From a virus, in IMG/VR virus record IMGVR_UViG_3300014613_000020, positions 34,980-98,979 of that record: DNA of 64,000 nucleotides. One strand, given 5' to 3'. Position numbers and translations under genes: made by a program. Under the pieces are notes generated by a model. That model was not told where the DNA came from and did no database searches. It was given only the letters and a program-made list of their open reading frames with translations. Within the stretch, counting starts at the first letter, position 1, and the number at the start of each line of letters is the position of its first letter. Of this stretch, positions 19,170 through 28,266 are shown in pieces.

Positions 19170-19703
19170 ATGGAGGAGAAGAGACAACCTTGGGATAGGT
19201 TGCCAAACGAACCATCAATGTGGTTCAATCGGTTTGAGTATTACAGACTGTTGGGACCAGACAGAACGTTTCAGGGCACTTTCGAGATATGGAACGAGAG
19301 GGACAACAAACGGAAAAATAAACCAAATGTAGCAGGCCATCCACACCCACAGTGGTATGAGCGGGCGGAACAGTGGCAGTGGAAAGAGCGGGCAGCAGAG
19401 TGGGACAATTGGGTGTGGAAGGAGCGGGTAAGTCAGGAACAAGATGCCATCAGGGAAATGACAAAACGCCACATAGAATTAGGAATGGAAATGCAGGATG
19501 TGGGGGGAAAGGCTTTAGGGGATGAGAAGAATGTGGTTGGTATGGGGGATGCAAGACTGCTTATCAAGGACGGTGCGGACTTAGAACGTAGGGCTAGGGG
19601 TCTGCCCGACTATCTATTGGAAATCAGTGGTATGACAGACGAGGAGTTATTGGAGGAATATGAGCGGGTTGTCGCGGAAGAGACAGTTAGAACTACTAAT
19701 TGA
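19170..19703 (+). CDS. terminase small subunit (putative)
   Basis: PWDRLPNE...WKERAAEWD pattern; lies immediately before the large subunit. Confidence 0.7.
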   Translation: MEEKRQPWDRLPNEPSMWFNRFEYYRLLGPDRTFQGTFEIWNERDNKRKNKPNVAGHPHPQWYERAEQWQWKERAAEWDNWVWKERVSQEQDAIREMTKRHIELGMEMQDVGGKALGDEKNVVGMGDARLLIKDGADLERRARGLPDYLLEISGMTDEELLEEYERVVAEETVRTTN

Positions 19704-21231
19704 GCATCGTGGTCTACAAGGTCAAGTGGAACAAGGCAGTTCCAAATTTACTGACTTCCAAGAAAAGTACAGATATGACCCTCTGGGGTTTGTTCGTGAT
19801 TGTATAGTATTTGATAAGGGTGGTTCTGCTACACCTTATCAAGAAGAGATTCTTGGGCGGTTGCCAACAGAGAAACGTATTGCGGTTAGGGGGCCTCATG
19901 GGTTAGGAAAAACGAGCCTTTCAGCATGGATAGTTCTGTGGGCAATTTTGACGGCTGATGATGTGAAAGTACCCACAACAGCATCAGCTTGGAGACAATT
20001 ATCAAAGTTCCTTTGGCCTGAAGTGCATAAGTGGGCTGTAAGATTGAGATGGGATAAGATTGGCAGAGAGCCATTCAAGGACAAGGTTGAGTTATTGGCA
20101 TTATCGTTGAAACGCAGTCCCATCTGTGAGTCATTTGCTGTCGCATCAAATAACGCTGCGTTGATTGAAGGTGCGCATGCCAAACGGATTGTTTATATAT
20201 ATGATGAGGCAAAAATTATTCCTCCAGAAACATGGGATGCTGCCGAAGGGGCATTCTCATCTGCTGGGGAAGATACCGACTTTGAGGCATTTGCTCTGGC
20301 GGTCAGCACACCTGGTGAGCCAATAGGGCGATTCTACGACATCCATAGACGTGCTCCTGGGTATGAGGATTGGTGGGTAAGGCATGTCACAAAGAAGGAG
20401 GCTCTCAGTGCCGGCAGAATGTCCACTGAATGGGCTGAGGATCGCAAACGGCAATGGGGTGAGGAGTCTACTGTCTATCAGAATCGCGTATTAGGTGAAT
20501 TTGCTACCGGTGGTGAGTATGCCATCATACCATTGGCATGGGTAGAGGAATCTAACTCTAGATGGCAGGAATGGAATGACGCCGGGCGGCCATACCTTGG
20601 CAGTGCCCACGCATTTGGGTTGGATGTGGCACGATATGGGGAGGACAAGAGTGCCTTAGTTGAGCGTTCTGACAGGGCTGTGACATCTATAGAGAAATGG
20701 GGGATGCTCGACACCATGCAGACAGCAGGCAAGGTTAAAAACAAGATAGGTGATAGAAAAACGAATGTCGATGTTATTGGGATTGGTTCAGGTGTATTTG
20801 ACAGATTGAGGGAGCAGGGATGTAATGTCGAGGCGGTAAACTTTGCTGAGGGCACGAGACGGAAGGACAAAAGTGGGGAAGTGGAGATGCTGAATGTTCG
20901 TGCTGCTGCGTGGTGGGGACTGAGGGAGAGATTGGACCCCGCAGACGAGGGCGCTATTTTATTGCCACCCGACGATGACCTGACTGGCGACCTGACAGCT
21001 CCACACTATGAGTACACATCTAGTGGGGCGTTGAAGGTAGAGGCAAAAGAGGAAATTAGGAAACGATTGGAACGAAGTCCTGACGTGGGAGATGCGGTTG
21101 TGTTGGCGTTTTGGGAACCACATCCCAACAGACAATCAGCGCGAGACCAACCAGGTGGGGAAAGTAGGTGGGGGGCTGCTGATAAACGTTCTGACAGAAG
21201 GCCATCAGGCCAAAGTCGGTGGAAAATGTAA
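19660..21231 (+). CDS. terL: terminase large subunit
   Basis: Walker A VRGPHGLGKT, Walker B IYDEAK, STP, GLDVARYGEDKS, VDVIGIG, RSPDVGDA. Confidence 0.95.
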   Translation: MSGLSRKRQLELLIEHRGLQGQVEQGSSKFTDFQEKYRYDPLGFVRDCIVFDKGGSATPYQEEILGRLPTEKRIAVRGPHGLGKTSLSAWIVLWAILTADDVKVPTTASAWRQLSKFLWPEVHKWAVRLRWDKIGREPFKDKVELLALSLKRSPICESFAVASNNAALIEGAHAKRIVYIYDEAKIIPPETWDAAEGAFSSAGEDTDFEAFALAVSTPGEPIGRFYDIHRRAPGYEDWWVRHVTKKEALSAGRMSTEWAEDRKRQWGEESTVYQNRVLGEFATGGEYAIIPLAWVEESNSRWQEWNDAGRPYLGSAHAFGLDVARYGEDKSALVERSDRAVTSIEKWGMLDTMQTAGKVKNKIGDRKTNVDVIGIGSGVFDRLREQGCNVEAVNFAEGTRRKDKSGEVEMLNVRAAAWWGLRERLDPADEGAILLPPDDDLTGDLTAPHYEYTSSGALKVEAKEEIRKRLERSPDVGDAVVLAFWEPHPNRQSARDQPGGESRWGAADKRSDRRPSGQSRWKM

Positions 21232-21239
21232 CGATTCAC

Positions 21240-21268
21240 TTGACTTTTTGATGGAAGTAGTGTATACT
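21240..21268 (+). promoter_or_regulatory. sigma70-type promoter
   Basis: TTGACT-17 bp-TATACT with extended TG. Confidence 0.7.
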
Positions 21269-21308
21269 GTAGTCAGAGGCTTAAAACTTACATATAAGGA
21301 GAGAATGA

Positions 21309-22049
21309 ATGGATAGACGCGAGTTTCTTAAGGATGCGGTATTAGCAGCAGCAGGAGTTTTTATTGGACCGAAGTTTGGTGGCATAGATGGCGATATAAA
21401 ATCTCTAAAGCTTAGGGGCAAGGATGTTACTGAGATTATCTGTGTTATTGACAGAAGCGGCTCAATGGGGAATATAAGAGATTCTGCAATTGAGTCACTC
21501 AACAAGTTTTTGGAAGAGCAGCAGAAGCTCCCCGGCAGAGCAAATTTGACCCTTGTATTTTTCAGCAATACTTGTGAATTAGTACTCGAAGGTGTTGATA
21601 TTCAGGCTGTTGAGAAGTTTACCAAGGAGACGTACATCCCTAATGGGAGTACTGCTTTGCTGGATGCAGTGGGCACATCAATTGATTCAACCTATGAAAG
21701 GCTAATGAATACCCCAGAACGTGAGAGAACGGGCAAAATCATTTGTCTTATCCTGACCGATGGTGAGGAAAATGCCAGTTGTGAATACACGTTTAATCAG
21801 ATCAAATCTAAGATAACACAAATTCAAGATGAGGAGAATTGGAAGTTTGTTTTTCTCGGGGCTAACCAAGATGCTTTCACTACAGGACAAGGGATGGGTA
21901 TTCCTGTGGCTTCCACTTCAAGTTTTGCTGCCACAAGGGGCGGTGTTATAATGGCAGGTAATCTTGCTTCCAATACTATAACGTCATTTAGGAGAGCTCC
22001 TGACAGCTTTACTGGAATAGTTGACAGTGACAATGACAAGGAGAAATGA
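21309..22049 (+). CDS. von Willebrand factor A domain protein with twin-arginine-like signal peptide
   Basis: MDRREFLK plus hydrophobic stretch; MIDAS DRSGSM, TALLDA, LTDGEEN, FLGANQDA. Confidence 0.88.
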   Translation: MDRREFLKDAVLAAAGVFIGPKFGGIDGDIKSLKLRGKDVTEIICVIDRSGSMGNIRDSAIESLNKFLEEQQKLPGRANLTLVFFSNTCELVLEGVDIQAVEKFTKETYIPNGSTALLDAVGTSIDSTYERLMNTPERERTGKIICLILTDGEENASCEYTFNQIKSKITQIQDEENWKFVFLGANQDAFTTGQGMGIPVASTSSFAATRGGVIMAGNLASNTITSFRRAPDSFTGIVDSDNDKEK

Positions 22050-22058
22050 GAGAATGGT

Positions 22059-22129
22059 GTGGGGATAGGTTAGTGGCAAACTACCTGGATGTGGCCCAGG
22101 CGACCTGAGTTCGAGTCTCAGTCCTCACT
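22059..22129 (+). tRNA. tRNA-His (GTG), atypical; no encoded CCA
   Basis: Acceptor GTGGGGA/TCCTCAC, anticodon arm CCTGG-ATGTGGC-CCAGG, T arm CTGAG-TTCGAGT-CTCAG. Confidence 0.85.
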
Positions 22130-22156
22130 TGGGTTTTGTACAAAAGGAAGGAAGGA

Positions 22157-23236
22157 ATGATAACGACACATAGGAATGTACAGAAGGTGACGTTCGGTGA
22201 AAGAAGCAGATATAAGTTGCCATTATTGACACAGACAAGAGGATGGACTTTAGTCTTAGTTGATGACTATTTTCGCACTAATCCTGTCTTACTAGGAGGT
22301 ATTATCTGTGGTAATAATATGCTTCTTCACTACATCGATACATCTGTTGAACCATCTGTTGATAGGATTGATGAACTGATAGAGCTCTATTTAGATCGTC
22401 CAGAAGGCCACGATAGAATTTTGCCAGGATGTATTGTAGGTATAGGTGGGGGTTCAACTCTAGATACCGCTAAGGCTGTCAGCATTCTACTTACTAACCC
22501 AGGCAAGGCGGAAGATTATCAAGGATGGGATTTGGTAAAGAATCCGTCTATTTACAAGATCGGCATTCCCACGCTATCAGGCACAGGCAGCGAATCCTCA
22601 AGAACCTGTGTTCTAACCAACAAAGAGAAAAATCTAAAACTGGGAATAAACAGCGATTACAGCATGTTTGACGAGATTATACTGGACCCTGACTTGACTA
22701 GAACTGTGCCAAGAGACCAGTTTGTGTACACGATGATGGACACGTATTATCATTGTACTGAATATATGAGTGGTATGGAACGGAACATGATCACTGATTC
22801 TCTGGCATATGAGGCAAGTCTTCTTTTATTTGACGTTATTTGGGGTAAAAAAGATATACTCGAATTCCGTGTAAGGGAAAAAGTTATGGTCGCTTCTTAT
22901 TTAGGAGGCACGGCGGCTGGTTGTACTGGGATTGTACATCCATTTTCGGCGGGACTGAGCATGGTATTGGGTATCAGACATGGACTAGCGAATTGTATTG
23001 CTGCCTGTTCTAACGATGATCTTTTTAGGGTATATAGGAGAGCAACACAGTTTTTTATGGGGAAGTTAGACGTAGAGTTGCCTGTAGGGGTATGTAATGG
23101 TCTCACAGACGAACAGCATAATCAACTCTATGAAGCTACAGTAGTGCATGAGAAGCCGCTTGCCAATGCCCTTGGGCCTGATTGGAAGGACATTTTAACG
23201 GGAGAACGAGTGCGAAGCATATTTGAGGGAATGTGA
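22157..23236 (+). CDS. iron-containing alcohol dehydrogenase family, KdnB-like ulosonate oxidase
   Basis: GIGGGSTLDTAKAVS, YQGWDLVK, IPTLSGTGSE, KLGINSDY, metal-binding His residues. Confidence 0.8.
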   Translation: MITTHRNVQKVTFGERSRYKLPLLTQTRGWTLVLVDDYFRTNPVLLGGIICGNNMLLHYIDTSVEPSVDRIDELIELYLDRPEGHDRILPGCIVGIGGGSTLDTAKAVSILLTNPGKAEDYQGWDLVKNPSIYKIGIPTLSGTGSESSRTCVLTNKEKNLKLGINSDYSMFDEIILDPDLTRTVPRDQFVYTMMDTYYHCTEYMSGMERNMITDSLAYEASLLLFDVIWGKKDILEFRVREKVMVASYLGGTAAGCTGIVHPFSAGLSMVLGIRHGLANCIAACSNDDLFRVYRRATQFFMGKLDVELPVGVCNGLTDEQHNQLYEATVVHEKPLANALGPDWKDILTGERVRSIFEGM

Positions 23237-23238
23237 TT

Positions 23239-23409
23239 ATGTGTAGTAAGACATCATCTTCAACATATGAATTTAGGATTATTCTTTGGGGTGATAAGAA
23301 TCATGTGGACTTTGAGCGCCAATTGAATAAATGGGGAAAGTTGGGATTTCGTTTTGTTTGTAGAGATGGGTCTTATTACGTACTAGAACGTGACTGCTCT
23401 CCCCGCTAA
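23239..23409 (+). CDS. 56-aa DUF4177-like protein whose last codons come from an IS end
   Basis: YEFRII...LNKWGKLGFRFV...YVLER|DCSPR*. Confidence 0.55.
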   Translation: MCSKTSSSTYEFRIILWGDKNHVDFERQLNKWGKLGFRFVCRDGSYYVLERDCSPR

Positions 23410-23425
23410 AGCAGGGAGCTTTCTG
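23390..23425 (-). mobile_element. isolated IS200/IS605-type right-end remnant
   Basis: Minus strand GAAAGCTCCCTGCTTTAGCGGGGAGAGCAGTCAC: subterminal hairpin followed by a TCAC end. Confidence 0.7.
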
Positions 23426-23469
23426 GCGCAATTTCTTGTAAAATGAGATATATCTTAAAAGGAGATTGA

Positions 23470-24666
23470 ATGAACTGGAAAATACCATTTAGCGGGCGCA
23501 GCCACAAATACACAAACTCAGAAATTGATACTGTTGTCGATACTATGCGGTTGGCAGACCCACTCACGCAAGGAAGATATAGGAATGAGTTTGAGAGGAA
23601 GTTCTCAAACTACCTAGAGACAGGCAGTAGAAGCTATGCTGTATGCAATGCTACTGCGGCTTTGGAATTGGCTGCTCAGTTGTGTCAGTTTGACGATGGT
23701 GATGAGGTTATCATTCCTGCTCACACATTCACGTCAACGGCATACCCGTTTGTCAAATATGGTGCTAAAATCGTATGGGCGGACATAGATTCTGATACGC
23801 ACGTTGTCACTGCGGATACTATACATAAATGCATTACTGATAGGACGAAGGCTGTAGTGGTGGTGCATCTGTATGGGTACATGGCTGACATGCGGAATAT
23901 CATTGAAAGTGTGCGAGATATTCCTTTTGTGATAGAGGACGCTGCTCAGGCATTGGGGACCAAGCAGGTGATGTCGTCCGGACGTAGAGAGATTACTACG
24001 AATTGGTATCAGACGGCTGGCACTTTTGGTGATTTTGGGGCATTCTCATTGCACTCACACAAGAATATCACAACATTGGGTGAAGGTGGTATTCTTTTAG
24101 ACAATAAGGGATATGATGAAGTCATACCGATGCTACGCCATAATGGGCATTGTGGCTATCCGGAACGAGAAGATTACTGGATTCCTGCTATGGGGAATGT
24201 AGACCTGCCAATGCTGCAAGGCAAATATCTCATGCCCCACAACTTCTGTCTGGGTGAGGTAGAGTGTGCCCTTGGCACTCAATTGCTAAAACGAATAGAC
24301 ATTATCAATTATCAAAAACGAACAAGAGCTATAGAATTTATTGATGCCCTTGCTGACTATCCGCAACTAAAATTCCACAGAGAACCGACAGAGAGACACA
24401 ATTATCATCTGTTGGTCGCTGAGATGGTAGATGGGGACAGAGACGAGTTCATGCGTAAAATGGCATATGAGCATGGTATACAGTGTGTAGTACAGTATAT
24501 GCCGCTATATAGATATCCACTTTATCAAAAATTGGGATTGGGGGATGCTGACTGCCCGGTGACAGACAAGTTCTATGACAATATGGTGTCGTTTCCATTC
24601 CAACACTCGCTGAATGATGGTGAGATAGACTACATGCTTGGATGTGTGAAGGAGAGCCTAGAATGA
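23470..24666 (+). CDS. DegT/DnrJ/EryC1/StrS PLP-dependent sugar aminotransferase
   Basis: NATAALE, PAHTF, VVVVHLYG, IEDAAQA, FSLHSHKNITTLGEGG. Confidence 0.92.
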   Translation: MNWKIPFSGRSHKYTNSEIDTVVDTMRLADPLTQGRYRNEFERKFSNYLETGSRSYAVCNATAALELAAQLCQFDDGDEVIIPAHTFTSTAYPFVKYGAKIVWADIDSDTHVVTADTIHKCITDRTKAVVVVHLYGYMADMRNIIESVRDIPFVIEDAAQALGTKQVMSSGRREITTNWYQTAGTFGDFGAFSLHSHKNITTLGEGGILLDNKGYDEVIPMLRHNGHCGYPEREDYWIPAMGNVDLPMLQGKYLMPHNFCLGEVECALGTQLLKRIDIINYQKRTRAIEFIDALADYPQLKFHREPTERHNYHLLVAEMVDGDRDEFMRKMAYEHGIQCVVQYMPLYRYPLYQKLGLGDADCPVTDKFYDNMVSFPFQHSLNDGEIDYMLGCVKESLE

Positions 24667-25010
24667 CAAAATGGGAGTATATATGGATGTGGTTTATTCA
24701 TGGAATTGAAGCAGATTCTATACAAATTACAGAAATGCTAAATCGAAAAGGTCGGCAGGGATGGGAGGTTTTGTTCATTGGGATATATGAAGACAAGACA
24801 GGCTGCCTGATGAAACGTCCTATGGAGGATTGTTGTAAACAAAAAGAAGATGATGCGCTTAAACCATGTCCTCATTGTGGAGGAGCTGCTACGATTGAGG
24901 AGACTGATGGGGGTGAAAGAATTGTGATCAAATGTAAAATGTGTGGTTGCTGTACTGATTTTTGTTTTTCTTATGGTTGTGCAATGAGTTTGTGGAATAG
25001 GCGAATCTGA
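24663..25010 (+). CDS. DUF4177-like plus Lar (restriction alleviation)-like zinc-ribbon fusion
   Basis: KWEY..LNRKGRQGWEV; LKPCPHCGG...CKMCG...WNRR. Confidence 0.65.
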   Translation: MTKWEYIWMWFIHGIEADSIQITEMLNRKGRQGWEVLFIGIYEDKTGCLMKRPMEDCCKQKEDDALKPCPHCGGAATIEETDGGERIVIKCKMCGCCTDFCFSYGCAMSLWNRRI

Positions 25011-25040
25011 CATCCTTTTCCTATTAAAATAGGAAAGTTC

Positions 25041-26285
25041 CTACAAGGAACTAGAAAGGTTAGGGTCTAATCGTGATGCTCTACGATCATGTACCCCATC
25101 AGGCCAGAACCCAACGGTTCTAGTCTTATCGGAATTATCCGACAGGGCGTTGTCAGAAAGCCCTTGGTGATGAAGACGTGCCCCACCACCAGCGATGTTA
25201 GCCGAAGCTATGGAGTCACAATTATCCTGGAATCCACACTTGACACATCGGAATTGAGATTGAGATGGACGATTGGAACGAGTTGCATGACCACATCTTG
25301 GACAGGTACGGGATGTTTGTCGAGGGTCAATAAACAAAACAGGGATATCATGCCGTTTGGCTTTGTACTCAACAAAATCTGTCAATTGTCTGAAGGCCCA
25401 ACTGTTCAACATGCGGTTGAATCGCTTACTGGCATATATTCTGTCTCTAATGCCGTCCAATCGCTCAAAAACTATGATAGGATTTTTGTATTGCAAGGCA
25501 ATTTCGACGATATGTTTGCTGATAACATGGTTCATATTGGACATCCATCGACTTTCTTTGCCATGCATGAACTTGATTTTATCCAACCTGTTTGCTTTTT
25601 GATACCGCCGTCTGATGTCTGCAAAATGCTCTCGTCTATGCCTAATTGCTTTACCATCGAAGATAATCACCCCATCGGGAGTAGATATGGTAGCGATACG
25701 CACTATGCCCAAGTCAACACCTATGAACGCAGGTTCACCGTCACAGACGGTAGGTATGTGGGAGATTCTTAGTGGAAGCACCACGAACCACTTTTTATTA
25801 CGACGAAACATCTTAGCATCACCATAGACATACTGCATTTTATCTTGGAATTTGGCAGGAACAGAAAGAGGAAGCCAGATATAATGACCACGTTTGCCAG
25901 TAGAAACGCGGAGAACAAAATTATTGTCTCTTTTAATAATGGCATAGGCATTGACGCCAAGTCCGATGTTATTTGTCTTGTTCACGGTGGGGAACGATGT
26001 ATGCTTCTGGTGCTTGGACTTTTGAAGGCCATAATAGCTACGAACCAGAGCTACAACCTGAGCAATTGCCACACGAGCATAATCAGAAGGCAACTTAGTT
26101 TCAGCACGTATTGCATAATAGCTGGCATGGTGAATACGATTGCGGTCACTGGTATGCATCTTTTGTGCCATATTAAGACCTATCTGCACAGCATCAGAGA
26201 ATCCATGTGCCATTGTATTAAGGAAGTCAGCTTTGCAAACCGTTGGTTTCTTGATAGCAATGATAACAGTTTCTTGTCTCTGCAT
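25041..26285 (-). CDS. tnpB: RNA-guided endonuclease TnpB
   Basis: RuvC-I GVDLG, RuvC-II VFERL, zinc finger TSRTCPRCG..FRCVKCG, RuvC-III NCDSIASANI; catalytic D/E/D all intact. Confidence 0.95.
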   Translation of the reverse strand: MQRQETVIIAIKKPTVCKADFLNTMAHGFSDAVQIGLNMAQKMHTSDRNRIHHASYYAIRAETKLPSDYARVAIAQVVALVRSYYGLQKSKHQKHTSFPTVNKTNNIGLGVNAYAIIKRDNNFVLRVSTGKRGHYIWLPLSVPAKFQDKMQYVYGDAKMFRRNKKWFVVLPLRISHIPTVCDGEPAFIGVDLGIVRIATISTPDGVIIFDGKAIRHRREHFADIRRRYQKANRLDKIKFMHGKESRWMSNMNHVISKHIVEIALQYKNPIIVFERLDGIRDRIYASKRFNRMLNSWAFRQLTDFVEYKAKRHDIPVLFIDPRQTSRTCPRCGHATRSNRPSQSQFRCVKCGFQDNCDSIASANIAGGGARLHHQGLSDNALSDNSDKTRTVGFWPDGVHDRRASRLDPNLSSSL

Positions 26286-26291
26286 AACTTA

Positions 26292-26320
26292 ATTATAGCA
26301 CAAATGTGTAGTTTTGTCAA
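26292..26320 (-). promoter_or_regulatory. perfect-consensus promoter for leaderless tnpB
   Basis: Minus strand TTGACA-17 bp-TATAAT-6 nt-ATG. Confidence 0.85.
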
Positions 26321-26345
26321 ATTCAAATTTAATGGGGGATGAAGT

Positions 26346-27335
26346 ATGAACATAGTCTTTCGAGTAATAGCCAACAACCAAGTAGGCACAGGGCATGTGC
26401 ACAGAGCCCTAACATTAGCAAACGTTTTTGCACAAAACAACAAGGTGTCGTTTGCTTGTCTTGAAGATGATATTCAGTTGGTTCAAGAGATTGTAGGATC
26501 ACGATTCCATATCTTGACTGTACCGCCACAAATTGATGTTGGGTATGCTAGAACCATAGGTGCTGATCTGTTAATCAATGACATGCTTGACACAGACGCA
26601 GAAACCTTAAAGAGAGTCAAAGGTTCTGGTATAAAAGTGGTCAACTTCGAGGATTTGGGCAGTGGCGCTATAGAGAGTGATTTGACTATCAACGCACTTT
26701 ATCAATCTCCACAATTTGAAGGAGGAAACGTGTTGTGGGGGATTGACTACTATTTACTGAGAGATGAGTTTTTGGCTGTGCAACCAAGGCGATTCTCACA
26801 GGTAGTCGAGACTGTGCTGATTACATTTGGCGGTACAGACCCGACAAACTTGACACAAAAGACGCTAGAAGTAGTGGGACCCTTGTGCAGGGATGCGGGA
26901 CTTAATCTATATGTCGTGGTAGGGCCTGGGTATAGCCACCACGAACAGCTAGAAACGTGGATTCGCGGATTCAATTATGGTAAACTCATGCACTTCAGGC
27001 AGACCGGTTACATGGCGAGTTTAATGAGCAACGCCGACTTCGCGTTTACTTCTAATGGTCGGACGGTGTATGAGTTATTGCACATGAATGTACCATCTGT
27101 GGTGATAGCACATCACGAGCGGGAGAACACTCATGATTTTGCTCATGTGCAAACAGGGTTTATGAATTTGGGGGTTTATAAACATGGTTACACTGAGGAA
27201 TGGATAGGCGCGGAGTTTGATGCGTTATTATCAAGAACTGACCATCGCTATATGCTATTCAGGAACATGATGGATTACGATTTGACCCCTAACAGACAGA
27301 GAGTAGTACAGAAGATTATGGAGGCGACAGAGTGA
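26346..27335 (+). CDS. SpsG/PseG-like GT-B fold protein (nucleotide-sugar hydrolase or transferase)
   Basis: VGTGHVHRALTLA, LRDEF, LITFGGTDP, GRTVYE. Confidence 0.85.
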   Translation: MNIVFRVIANNQVGTGHVHRALTLANVFAQNNKVSFACLEDDIQLVQEIVGSRFHILTVPPQIDVGYARTIGADLLINDMLDTDAETLKRVKGSGIKVVNFEDLGSGAIESDLTINALYQSPQFEGGNVLWGIDYYLLRDEFLAVQPRRFSQVVETVLITFGGTDPTNLTQKTLEVVGPLCRDAGLNLYVVVGPGYSHHEQLETWIRGFNYGKLMHFRQTGYMASLMSNADFAFTSNGRTVYELLHMNVPSVVIAHHERENTHDFAHVQTGFMNLGVYKHGYTEEWIGAEFDALLSRTDHRYMLFRNMMDYDLTPNRQRVVQKIMEATE

Positions 27336-27556
27336 GAAGGAGACTTGTAAAGTTACCATCTATGCTACTTGGCTTAATTACGCTTATTCCAATTACAGTG
27401 TTGTTTTATACATTTGTTTGGATAGCAGATATTATAGAGGACATGATTACAATAAGCGTGGTGGTCTCTTCCTCTATCAAATTTATCTTTCTTAGTTCTA
27501 TGCTCTTGTTTGTGATTTGGATGGTTGGGGAGGCTGTAAAGGAGGATTTGGAATGA
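27332..27556 (+). CDS. small membrane protein
   Basis: Two hydrophobic segments; coupled ORF. Confidence 0.55.
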   Translation: MRRRLVKLPSMLLGLITLIPITVLFYTFVWIADIIEDMITISVVVSSSIKFIFLSSMLLFVIWMVGEAVKEDLE

Positions 27557-28266
27557 ACAAAGTTGTTGCAGTCATACAGGCACGAATGGGTAGCAAACGG
27601 CTACCTAACAAGATGATGTTACACCTGAATGGCTATCCAATCGTAGAATGGGCTTGGAGACGAATCAGTAAGTGTAGAGAGGTTAATGAGGTAGTGGTAG
27701 CAATTCCCCTCTCCACAAATAATCTACCATTGTACTCACATTTAATACATATAGGCGCTAATGTTATATATGGCTCTGAGGAGGATGTACTGGGCAGAGT
27801 ATACAAAGCTGCATGGTCATATGAAGCTGATTATGTAGTTCGTGTCTGTGCCGATAATCCATTTGTGTCATGGACTGTGGTGGATGATCTTGTCAGAGAA
27901 TACAAGGAAAGTAATTTAGACTATGCTTATAATCATATACCCATAGGAAATACTTATCCCAATGGATTGGGCGCAGAGATTGTTTGTATTGATCTATTGC
28001 GTGATCTCAATCATCCAGGATTTGATACACTATCAAAGGAGCAGCATGAACACATATTCAACTATGTATGGGACAATTGGCAGAATTTCAGAATGGGAGT
28101 ATTAGGAATATCAGGAATACTATCAATGTGTAGGCGGATATACCCCTGGATGCGGTTGGATATAGACACAATGGGCGATTATCAAAAGGCCATAGAAAGC
28201 GGAGTGACAATTGACATGGATGCATTGGAGGTGGTAAAAGCATATGCGAATATTAGACGTATTTAG
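27553..28266 (+). CDS. SpsF-like CMP-ulosonate cytidylyltransferase
   Basis: IQARMGSKRLPNK, GSEEDVLGR, VRVCADNP, RLDIDT. Confidence 0.9.
   Translation: MNKVVAVIQARMGSKRLPNKMMLHLNGYPIVEWAWRRISKCREVNEVVVAIPLSTNNLPLYSHLIHIGANVIYGSEEDVLGRVYKAAWSYEADYVVRVCADNPFVSWTVVDDLVREYKESNLDYAYNHIPIGNTYPNGLGAEIVCIDLLRDLNHPGFDTLSKEQHEHIFNYVWDNWQNFRMGVLGISGILSMCRRIYPWMRLDIDTMGDYQKAIESGVTIDMDALEVVKAYANIRRI

Larger units (their letters stand above)
25007..26320 (-). mobile_element. solo TnpB element (IS200/IS605-derived, no tnpA)
   Basis: Right-end hairpin TTTCCTATT-TT-AATAGGAAA followed by GGATGTCAG end; consensus promoter at the other end; no left-end hairpin seen. Confidence 0.8.

Noticed and set aside
4656-21231. 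Inteins in DnaB, PolA or terminase
   Set aside because: The proteins are of normal length with contiguous motifs and no C...HN splice signatures.
25089-25772. 227-aa plus-strand ORF, and similar shadow ORFs such as 9930-10409 and 10919-11581
   Set aside because: They are antisense shadows of well-supported genes and have no recognisable motifs.
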